Shown here: piece after piece, positions 27,538 through 39,040 of the stretch
Position numbering within the stretch: position 1 is the stretch's first letter
How the letters are laid out: each line of letters begins with the position of its first letter
Origin: Hydrolagus affinis
Taxonomy: Eukaryota
Direction of reading: 5' to 3'
DNA: 64,000 bases
NCBI GenBank assembly: GCA_012026655.1
Contig: JAAILG010001489.1
Location: 1-64,000, forward strand
Notes under the pieces: model-generated
Seen by the model: only the letters and a program-made list of their open reading frames with translations
What the model was told of the DNA's origin: nothing
Databases searched by the model: none
Made by a program: the position numbers and the translations under genes

Positions 27538-28976
27538 GTTTGACATCTATTGGGAGATTGATACAAAAAGTTTAAGCATTTTGTGAGGTGGAGGATGACA
27601 ACCAAAAGGCAAGATGTCTATCGACCTCCTGTCACCAACCCCCACCTACAGTGCAAATCTGAGATCAGTTTGCTTCAGGATGATTGTTCCTTGTCAAGCA
27701 GGAAGCCTCTCAGAGAAGGATGAAGTCACTGGAAGATGTTCCCTAGATTCACGGTTAGGTTTATTATCTACCTTTGTTTGTAGGCATTTGTATGTACGTA
27801 CCTTAAAGTAACCCTGGCATGTTGGCAGGAGTTAGGTGGGTGGTGGGGGTGGGAAATAAGAGATGGAGTTAGAGATTCTTCGCCCTCAGCTCCCGTTAAT
27901 CTTGCAAGACAAAGCCCTAAGGCAGTGGGACAGAATGGGCTGAAGAAGCAGGGGAAGGCTGCCAGACAGTGTTCATAACGATGAACTGCTCAGTTTCAGC
28001 TGGTTAGACTCCAGCAGAACCCCAATGCAAACTTTGGGGCCCCCCAAGCCTTGGCTCACGGCAACCTGTCCCTGATACTTTCCAGAATTAGGTAAGCGGA
28101 GAGTGTGCGTTCCATTCCAGACGAAGGGAAGTGTCCATGCCTACGTGGAAGTCTCGGTCTGTTTGGATCCTCTTAAGCAAAATGATGTATTTCCACTCCA
28201 GGTTGATGAACAAAAAAAAATGAGGCACGAGAAAGTTAAATATTTTGCTGAGAAGTTTGCTTGATCCTGGTAAAGCTATTTCCTGAACGGAGGAAATAAG
28301 TTCCACTGTTTTTAGAAAATTGGAAAGCAGAAAACATTTGCATAGTGATTATAAAGGGATTCAACAACAACAACTTTGATTTATATAGCGCTCTCCTCGC
28401 CGGATGGCGTCTCAGAGCGATTCAAGAAAGAACTGGATAATTGTAAACCAAGGTTGAAGGTATTGTTGCAGATTACTAAAACCTATGTGAGAGGCTATTC
28501 CAATATCTTTATACTGAGAACACCACTGATGAGGTGTCTACATTTGGTCAGTAACCATTTTTTTTGGATCAACAGAAGACAACGAGTTGAACAGTTGTTG
28601 TGCTGCTATCATTTTGGAAAGCGAGTCAGAAATTTGATTTTCTTTCTTCAATGATGCAACCAGATTAATGTTGAATTAAGCTGTTTTTCTTCAGTCCGTG
28701 ACCACGTTTTTGAAAATGTGCGTTCCTACTCAGAATGGAAGTTAGTTCTGTTTATAATAGTAAGCCATGCATTTAATATAATATCTTATCGCATCTTCAA
28801 GACATTTCAAAAACATTCACAGGAAACACTGTAAAGTGAATTGACTTTTTAAAAGTAATGCAAATCAGAAACAGGAAAATTAAGTTACATAATTTAGAAG
28901 GAGGTTAGGGTAGGTAAAAAGAGTATAAATAAAACAAAAAGTGAAGAATAGAACTAACAACATATAGTATTTCTTT

Positions 28977-29580
28977 GATAAAACATCAGATGTTTAGGAA
29001 TTGGGAAGGGGGAAAATTGCTGGAAATTCCAATAAAAAAGTTGTAGTTTATTTTTGTAATGTAAATAATAAAAATCCTATAATTTATATAGAAGCTTATT
29101 ACAACATGAAACATCTTAAAATGCTATCCAGTGTTTTACATTAAAAGTGATTGTATATTTACAGGAAAACATAGAAACCTAATAAAAGTAAATCAATTTG
29201 TAGAGTATTGTGAAAATAAAATCTATGTCAGTACATAGTGCACAATTGGCTGCCGCATTTCGCCCACAAATATACAGTCAATTCACTTTACAGTATATTC
29301 TGTGAAGCGCTTTGAGATGCCTAAAAGACGTGAGAAACCGCGATATCAAATGTAAGGATTATTATTATAGTCTTTGTCCCGTCTTTATATTGTTTAAAAC
29401 TGGCAAGCGGTTGGTAACTCGGGAATGTGACTGAAATCACATTTATCAGCACAGCCAAGTACAGTATCGCATATTCCGATATAATGTCTGTGAATCAACA
29501 TACTGCAGTTTTTATTGTTGACTATTGGAATTTCCAGCAATTTTCCCTCTTCCCAATTCCTAAGCATCTGATATGTTATC
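28977..29580. repeat. 58-bp inverted repeat pair (28977-29034 and 29523-29580) enclosing two outward-facing SINE tails
   Basis: Manual alignment gives 54/58 identity between the left arm and the reverse complement of the right arm. Confidence 0.9.
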
Positions 29581-32500
29581 TGATTCCTAATAACTTTTTC
29601 TCATTCCAAATGAATAATCTAATTTTGTTAAAAACAATTACATTGCTAATGTGTTTCCTCATTATCTCGTTACTGATTAAATATCCATTTTCTAATGAAT
29701 TCTGCCATACCAAAAGGATTACAACACGCGAGTATTTAATACTGATAAAACATCCCATACTTTGTAAATTATAGCATTTTTAAAGCAACATTACCTAATT
29801 TTTAAAGCAATATTACATCCCCAATAAATTTATTCCATAGTTTCATGAGGTTCATAGTTAAAGCAGGGTTGCTTTTCATTAGTGATGGAGTTAGCTTTCT
29901 AGTTAACATGAATGTCTTACTGCAGGATAATACAATTTACATGTATATAACACCTTTCGTGTCATGAAGACATCTCAAAGAGTTCACACTACTGAACTGG
30001 GCACCCAAGAAGTGGGTGGGAGCCGAAGAAGGTGTGGGGGTGGGTGGGAGGGGGGGAAGAGGAGAGATATTTGAAAGTATGATCAAAGAGATATGTCTTG
30101 AGGTTGACTTGTAACGTGGGAAGGAAGGCAAAACTACTGCTAATCATACACAACTTTACCCACCTGTGTAATCCAGATCGTTCCGCTGGCTTTCTGAATG
30201 TCCATCCCAGTAGAGAGGTATTAAGGGGCAAATGGTGACAGGGCAGGGCATTGGGATTAAAGGATCTACTAAACTCTTCCTGTTTTCCTGTTTGCTTCCA
30301 CTGAACATCTCTGGTAGTAAGGCAGCTTCAGGTTTACGTTGCCTGGAGTCTGGCAGAGGTCGCAAAATACACTGGTGTTTGTGTGTTGTTTTCGGGAGTT
30401 TATATGTAAACACACACATGCCTGACGTGAGAATATGAGCGAGCAATTTAGCTTCACTTAAAAGGCTAGCGATTTTTCCAGTGAACTACTACTGATCCTA
30501 TTTGAAAGTTTTTCAAAACCCTTTTTTTTTTTGCCAGGTGAAAAGTGGTACTTTGCAAGAGACTGAATATCTAAAATATCTCACTGTAACGCACGAAATG
30601 ATTAGAGACTATTCAGCCACAGTCTGATTATATCCAGATTTTAGTCTTACACAAGCAGACAGAAATGATAATGCAATCTTCCCATGCCTTCAGAACATCA
30701 CCCAGTACAGGTTCTCCACTGCCAACTCTCGAACCACCGAGGCCAAGATTCCTGAAATACAAAACAAGGAAAATGTATTTTATGGATTGGGAGGTGGAGG
30801 TGAAGCTTTGTACTGGCAAAGCATTGAAGCGTTATGCACTCTGGCGCAGAGAAACCTGTTCATGATGGTTTCTGTTCAAACAAACTTTTTTTCATCAAAC
30901 TGAAGCGGTTACCTCTCTGAGGAGGAATGTGTTTGAACTCAAGAGAACGGCATCTGGCATCAGGTAGATCACAAGACAAATGGCCAAAATTGGGTGCTTC
31001 CAATGCCAGTGTGGGTGAGAGGATCTTTCTTATTGGTCAACGTTCTAGACAGACAGACAGAAGGGCAACATGGTTGCATGCTACCATACCACTCTGAAAT
31101 GGGCGTTCGATTTGATTTCTATCTGAATAATTTCTTAACACCGTCAACATAGAAAACCAAACCTACAAAGTGATGATGAACCTGTGCAAGACCTTTGTTA
31201 GGCTACATTTGGAGCCATTTTGGGGAAACTTTGCTTTTTGGGAGCATAGTTTTGGGAAAAGCCCATTGTAACAAGGACTTAAAACAATCCAAACATGCAG
31301 CAGAGACTGCTACCAGGGATGAGGGCTTCAGTTATGACAAGAGACTTCATTGTTTTTTATTATCAAAGGTGCGAAGGTTAAGATGTATTCTGATAGCTTT
31401 CTTCAATAGATGTCTCCTCTTCGATGGAGAGGCAACTCCTAATTCCCCCCCTTTTCCCCCCACCCCCCCCACCCTCACTGTCCTCAGCTCGGGTCTGAAG
31501 CAGTGACTGTCCAGCGCCTTGGGACGTCCTCCTGACGTGAAAGGCCCTATACAAGTGTTATTTTGTTGTTGTTGTTGTTCAAGATCACAACAGGTTATGA
31601 TGATATAAGGAATAATAAACTGTGTCCACTGGTGGAAAAATCAGTACCAAAAGGGTACAAATTTAAAGTCGTATGAATAATTTAGAGGTGATTGAAAGGT
31701 TGCTTTGAACAGAGGGTACATGGAGTGTACAGTACTGTTCCACAAACCAGAATTGAAGCAGAGTTGGTTATTTATTGTTTCAAAGAATTAGAAAAATGTT
31801 TACATAGACCCTACAGTGAAGGATTTTATTTTGTAAAAATTTTTTGGCTTAATATTCCTTTCCCAGGGCTGATCTTTTTAGAAGGGCCAAAATAGGCCAA
31901 AACATTAACTTCTTGCAATAGTTATTTCCTTAAATACTTTGTTGTTAAATGTAGTATTAATATGATTAAAACAATATGATTAAATATGTCACTTGTTGAT
32001 CATCCTGCTTATCTTGCTGTATTTTCGCGTTGTGTAATTATAAATACTTCCTGAAGTTCCCTTCAGAGACAATGGGATTGGTTGTTGTTGTCGTCCATTT
32101 AGTTACAGCTTGTTGTTTGTCGATCTGAACGTTCTGGGAAGCTGAGGCTGTTCTAATAAGTCCTAGCCTCAAATGAAATGAAACGTTGATCTAAAACTCA
32201 AAGCAATATGGAAATAATTATCATTGGCATCCTCGAAGAACCAAAATGCTGTAACTTGTGGGAAAGTGGATTGCAGAGAACTGACGAGACCTTTTCTTCA
32301 CACAGCGATAAACTCACAGGTCCTGGCATGCAAGAAAATAGATTTATTTGCCGGTCCATGAATGTAGATTTGACAGTGTGAGCTTAAATAGTATTATAAG
32401 CTTATAGGTCCATAAATGTACAATCAGCAGAGAATACAGTGTTCTCCACTGCCGTTGACCGAATGGTATGTGGGATATAAGATGAACATTATTGCTCAGC

Positions 32501-33209
32501 TATGTGTGTGCAGTACATTAACCTAAATACAGTATTCACAAAACATCATACCATATGCACAACTATCCGGCAATCAGGCAATAGCTATAAATGTTTGTGA
32601 AAGGTTTATGATGGATTAAACCAACATACATCAAAAATGTGCCAACTTAAACAGTAAACGTTCAGAATAGAAACTACACAGCCTTTGAATAAGGGCAAGA
32701 AGGTTGTACAGAGATGGAATGCCTTGCAAATGGAGTCATTGCTGGATAGAACTTTATCAGATCATAACAATATTTTAGCATAAGCCTGAGACAAGCCAAG
32801 TCGCATTGAAGGCCGAGACATTCTATGCAAAGCAGACTTGTCAGGTTCAATGAAATCACAGGAACTACAAGAGTCGAATTTTCTCCCGAAAGTGAGCAAG
32901 CATACTTCAGCAGATGCCAAAGCAATCATGTAACCATAATTTCTTGCATTATTGGCTTTTTGGTCTTTCGCTTAGATTTCCCAAATTAAATAGAATCAGA
33001 TGAATCCTAGAAGTATCTAGGATAGGTGCTGTCCACTGTGGCGCGGTATTTTTCCCTATTCTCTACAGTATTGGAGTTCCATTCTTCAGGGAAAGGTTTT
33101 CTTCCAATGATTCATTTCTGGTGAGTTTGAAGTTTTGAATCAAATCTTTCCACTGGCAGCTTTTGCCACTGAAAAGTCCCAAATGAATACAAATTCACCC
33201 TGGGCGTTT

Positions 33210-33468
33210 CAATATAGGAACAGGAGTAGGCCATTCAGTCCCTTGAGCCTGTTCCGCCATTTACTTAGATCATAGCTGATCTGTATCTCGGCTAATCCAT
33301 TCAATTCCAATTTCTCGCTTTCTCCTCATATCCCTTAATACCCCGACCTACCAAAAATCTGTCAACCTCACTCTTGAAGGTGTGAATGGATCCAGCATCC
33401 ACGACCTTTAGGGGGAGAGGATTCTAGATTTCTACCACACCAGTGAAAAAAATGCTTCCCGATTTCAC
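33210..33468 (-). mobile_element. CR1 LINE 3' end
   Basis: ataggaacaggagtaggccattcagtcccttgagcctgttccgccatt..agatcatagctgatc is the reverse complement of a typical chondrichthyan CR1 3' terminus (recalled). Confidence 0.8.
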
Positions 33469-36454
33469 AATACATGAGAGTGGTTAGGGGGAAAGATATG
33501 GGAAGGAGCATAAAGGAATTGCAACACACTTCTCCAGAAAAATAATTATTTAAGAGACTTCCTTCCATTGAAGATGCCAGAAAGTTGTTTACCATACTGT
33601 CTCAATCTTTTTGTGAAGTCAAGTCAATAATCTGCTTTCTAGTGTGTTTGAAATATGCGTGAACACTGCAGTCAGTTTGTGCACGGTGGTGTACCATAAT
33701 CAACATTTCTTTGTGATATAATCTAATGTGATGAGTTTGCCGATATAGTACTTCAATAGTTTAAAAATGATTCCTTATTTAAGTAGTGTGATATGTTCTA
33801 TGCTATTTGAATTCTGATGTGTTTTTTTTCCCTTCTTGTTTAGACCAATCCTTTCTCTGGTTTAGTAGTTTGGACATTCCCAGATTGAACAATGTTAGAA
33901 CAGTGGTTCATCTGGTAATGTGCCTGGTGTGAAACTGATCCATATAGACTTAGCAGTTCCTGGGTTCAATTGCTAGTTTGTGCAAAGGCAGCTGATCTCA
34001 TCAGGGGAACGCAAGGGGGGGCTCCAATTGCTGTCAGTGTCAGGAGTGAGGGCGAGGAGGAACATCAATGGTGCCTGCTTAATAGGGTAGACACATTGGG
34101 CTCCGATGTGATCTCTCCATTCCCCCCTCCCCACATCCTCCACAAGCAAATACAATGTAATGAGTACAAATCTAATTCTGTCGGCACAAATGCCTGACTA
34201 TCAATCGCACGGATGTAGTGATAAGCCTGGGAGTAGATATTATGCCAATGGGTTTTAATAGAGAAGTGCTTGATATTATCTTGTTGCTTATGACATTAAT
34301 CTTTCATATCTTATTGACGTCTCAAAGCGCTTCACAGAATATACTGTAAAGTGAATTGACTGTTTATTTGTGGGCGAAATGTGGCAGCCAATTCTGCACA
34401 GCGGTGTCCCACAAACAGTCGTGGATTGAGTGAAGTTTTTTTTTGAGGGATGTATCATTCAATATACATATCTTATTGAGGTCCTTAATGAACCACCAGC
34501 TTTCTCTAGAATATGTTCCTTTTGTTTTTCCTTTGTTTTATAATAATAAATAATTTGGGGTTTTGTTTTGTTCAATTGTTCATTGTTTTGCGATTGATTT
34601 AATTTGTGAGTGATTGAGATGGGCTTTCCTGTGGTAATTGTTCTGTGTTTTTTTTCATCTCATGCTTACTTCGTAAATTCATTCTTGGATCTTGCGGCCA
34701 GTACCTAGCAGTTATATATAATGTCTTCTGACCAATCACCGTTTAGGAAGAGTAAAACCGAGAATACAGCCTAACTCAACTTTTAAAGATAAGCTAGTGT
34801 TCTTCGGCTTTTTAAAAAAAATTAAAAAGATATTTCTAAGGGGCACCTTTATAGAGGTTTATAAGATGCTGAACGTGAGAAAGTGAACTATGATAATACT
34901 GGAGGTAGGCTCTCTTGTCTTGAAAGCGTGGAGTCAAGCCTGTGATGGCCAATATGTCCCTCTGTAAAGGTGGTGATCAACAATTGGGATGGGTTAGTTG
35001 TAATAGTGCTACATGGCCAGGATCCTGTACTAATCAAATTTGTTTTTGCTGTATCTGGAAGATGTTAAGGTGCGTATAACTGGAAGGAAAGCATCAAATC
35101 GTTCCAAAGAGTCTTTATAATTCATATTTCTTTTGTGATTTCAGATATCTTTTTTTGCACAGAGCACAATCAAATATTAGTGTGCGTTGGAGAGGAGGTT
35201 TTATTAGCCTCTGAACCGTGGCATTACCAGATCCTATCAACAAATGGGAGGGAGCGTGGTTGAGAAAACACAAAACAACCTCCATTGCCAGCACTGCACT
35301 CTCTTACCTAATAAACACACTCACAAATACACATAGAATGATCAGATTTTCTTAGCAGAAAGCAAATGCTGAGATATGCATATAAATAATCAAACAAAAG
35401 ATTTCATGTTTTGATGGAAATGATTATTATTTGGCTTCATCTAGTGGTTAGGACATAGCACTGCAATACATTGTCAGAAACAGAGTTCACCCACGGTATA
35501 AAATGTATATTCATAAGAGCAGGCAGCTTTCTATCTGACTTTATCATTTGTTTGTTTAATAAAATGAGGACAGGTCAGATCTCCCACACAAAAGTGAAGC
35601 TTGTTGCAACAGTGGTTGGAATCATTAAATCGGAGAAATTGCTTAGAGGGTGTTTGTTGTATCTCGGTTCAATAGTTCATCCATCGGTTCAAATTTGCTG
35701 ATTTCGGATACACATCAAATGGGACGATTCTGATGAACAAAAAAACTTTAAAACGACAGCGCTGGGTTAACTGGTGATGTAAGTGTTAAGAGCCCTGCGT
35801 GAGGCCCCAGCCTGTCTCATGTTGAAGTTTGATTCGCTAATTTTCTAAGTGGACATTTGCATATCCTGTGTTTGCTCTTCAATTGGAATTCAAGGAAAAG
35901 CAAGTCTAGTGTACGTATAATTATACAATGCTAAATTACATTTGTATTGCGACTTTCATGTCGGGAGGGCCCCGAGATGCTGGCCTAGACGCACCCGAGA
36001 TTGGTAGATAACTTGATGCAGATCCAATCACAAGAAATACATTTTATGATTTGTTCCCTAACATCTTAAATTATTATCCTCGCCGAATATCACATTCGGT
36101 GCTGCAGTGATCTAACTAAACATTAGGCAATGGAGGAAGTCAAAGGGAAACCTATTGTTTTTAGCAGAATGTGGCATTAGAGGTGTTATTAGACGTTATC
36201 AAATGTAAGGATTATTATTGCTTCAGCTGTGTTTTGCAACACAAATTCTGATGATCCCAAGTTGCCTCTCGCCCTCTGGCTGCAGAATAAAAGAGCAGTT
36301 ATAATCCTGGACCTTTGTGTAAGCTACTTGGTGGTTAAAAGTGTTTGAAATATTTATTTGGATCATGGTTACCTTGCTAAACAATAGTCTTTTAGCTATG
36401 TATGTACATACAGTATTAGATCTGTTTGTTGTGTATCTATATATCTCAATAAAT

Positions 36455-36800
36455 ATAATCATAATCTTTGCATTTGATCTAATCACATTGTCGAGACTTC
36501 TCAAAGCGCTTCACGGAACGTACTGTGAAGTGGATTTGACTGCGTGTTTTGTGGGTGAAATGCAGTGTGTCACACAGAGTAATGGAGTGAGTGACCAACT
36601 CTCTTTGGGGGATTGTTGGCTTGAACACTGGGAGAAACTCCCTTCTCTTCTTGAACATCCACCTGAACAGGCAGACGGGACCTCGGTTTAATGTCTCATC
36701 TGACAACGCAGCACATCGCCAGCACTGCATCGGAGTGTTAGTTTTAGACTATATGAGTTCAAGTCCAGATGTGGGATTTTCAACCCAAATCCTTCTGATT
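36455..36800 (-). mobile_element. Deu-domain SINE relic with L2-type tail
   Basis: catccacctgaacaggcagacgggacctcggtttaatgtctcatc matches the reversed Deu core; reversed tail at 36455-36560. Confidence 0.65.
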
Positions 36801-37600
36801 CCTCATCACTTTGAGAACACTTGTCCTAATGAAAAATATCCTTTCATCATATCACTTATGGTTCAAGTAGAGTTTAAAGAAACTTCAAGGATACGTTTTG
36901 AGACATTACCAAGCCAATAAGGCACTTTCCTGGCTGAGCAAAGTCTAGATTGGCTTTCAACTCAATGAAAATAATTATCACTGGTTAAACTCAATGCACT
37001 TGAGCAGCCTCCTCCTAACATACCCCGCAGAGTCCCAGAGACACTAAACGCTGGGTCTTGACCAGAGGAATCTTCACTGTTGGGCGGTGTGGATTTACAT
37101 CGCTGTGATTTTTCTCTCGAGCTAGTTATCCCTTTAGACATTATTTCCTTTTACCACAATTGGTTTGGCTTCATTAGGAGAGGAAATTAATAGCATTTCT
37201 CAGAGGAAAAGTCATCCGTCCAAATTGTCAACATCGTTGACCTGATTGTGTTTTTATTCCCATGCCTGTTTTTTTTTGAAAAAGGAGGCTCCGTTTTCAT
37301 CCACAATCCTTTGACGGCCCTTTTTGTTTTTACTACCGCGTGAAAAAGAGCTGGAAAAGTAATTTGTCAGGTTGATATCAAGTGCAAAAGAGAATGGTAC
37401 ATTTTCAATTCAGGTTATGCCATTAGATTGTGCAATTGGAGACAAACAGAAGAGGGAGGGTTTGCCAAATATCAAATGAACTCTTGATTAAGATGGGAAG
37501 ATGTTTAGTTTAACTGAAAACACAGGACTATCAACCATAAAGTGGCAAATTATCTACACATCTGTGTATGCTTCAAGTTATTTTTCGTCTTCATCGGTAC

Positions 37601-37948
37601 TGGAGCTCCTGTAGCTCAGTGGTTAGAGCGCTCGCCTTACAAGCGTGAGACCTGTGTTCGAATCCAGGCAGGTCAGGGCGAAACCTTGGGCAAGTTTCCT
37701 TATTCCACACACATGCCTAATAATAATCCATCCAAAAAAAACCATGATAATAAAATTGGTCATTTCAATCCACGACTGTTTGTGGGGGGGTGATGCTGCT
37801 GTGCGCAATCGGCTGCCGCGTTTCACCCACAAATAAACAGTCAATTCACTTTAAAGCATATTCTGTGAAGCGTTTTGCGATGTCGATAAGATGTGAAAAG
37901 CCGTTCTATCAAAATGCCAGGATTATTATTATTATATTATTATTATTA
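37601..37948 (+). mobile_element. Full-length tRNA-derived SINE (~345 bp)
   Basis: A box TAGCTCAGTGG (37612-37622), B box GTTCGAATCC (37656-37665), anticodon-like arm ctcgc-cttacaa-gcgtg, body, L2-like tail and (TAT)n end. Confidence 0.92.
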
Positions 37949-38719
37949 CCGTGTGGCTTTTTTTTTCAACCCAGCTGATATCCTAATAATTGAAATAGTG
38001 GAAACAATCTGCTGAAAATATGACTCCAGATAATTGTATTTCTAACAGCAGTTAGAAACTGTGTCAGAACAGTCGAGGAACAGATTTTGTTTGAATGTTG
38101 CTTTTATGTTTGAAACAGTAACTGATAATATCAAGAGTTATATAACTCAGTAATTGCTATATCCTACAGTTAGTTCAGTAAATAATAATGTTTTACACAG
38201 GTTAGCAATTAGTGTTAGCGTCAGAGTGGCATAGGGCAGCAATTCATCATTTTAGAGTTACCTGGCATAATGAGATTGATATTGCTGCAGTCACATTGCG
38301 CTAATGGATCGCTTTAGAGTTAAATTGTTACAGTGATCTGCAGTGATTGAGTTGTTTATGTTTGGATTACAAGGGAAACAGGTTTTTTTTTGCGGCAGCG
38401 AAGTTACATCATGGAATAATTGTTGGTTTTGCAGATGTTTAATGTTCTAATTTGGTTATGTACAAACATACTACATTTTGTAGTAATAGGTTACGTTCCA
38501 GTCACACAGGGCTGCGATTGGTTTGTGCTACAGTTATACTCTGATGTAGAAATACAGAAATCTGCAGTCCAAAGGGAAGCCATTCAGCTATACTGGCTCG
38601 ATATCACTTTAGTCCCACCACTCTGCCCAAATCCTTCTCCATCTCTCTTGAAAGCTACACTGGACACTACTTTCACCCCTTCTTTACCCTTGACAGGGTG
38701 TTCCACATACCAATTACTC

Positions 38720-39040
38720 TCTCAGTGGTTTAGAGCCCTCGCCCTACAAGCATGCGACCTGCGTTTCGAATCCAGGCAGATCAGGGCGAAAAATTGATCG
38801 GGGCAAATTTCCTTACTCCACACACCTAATAATAATCCATCCAAAAAACCCCACAAAATAAAATTGGTCATTTCAATCCATGACTGTTTGTGGGGGACGC
38901 TGCTGAGCGCAATTGGCTGCCGCGTTTCACCCAATAAATATACAGTCAATTCACTTTACAGTACATTCTGTGAAACGCTTTGAGACGTCGATAAGAAGTG
39001 AAAAGTGCTATATCAAATGCAAGGATTATCATTATTATTA
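38720..39040 (+). mobile_element. Near full-length tRNA-derived SINE
   Basis: Collinear with the 37601-37948 copy from ctcagtggtttagagc to the tail. Confidence 0.9.

Noticed and set aside
37605-37680. tRNA-Val gene
   Set aside because: The acceptor stem is not well formed, there is no terminator, and it continues into a SINE body shared with other copies.
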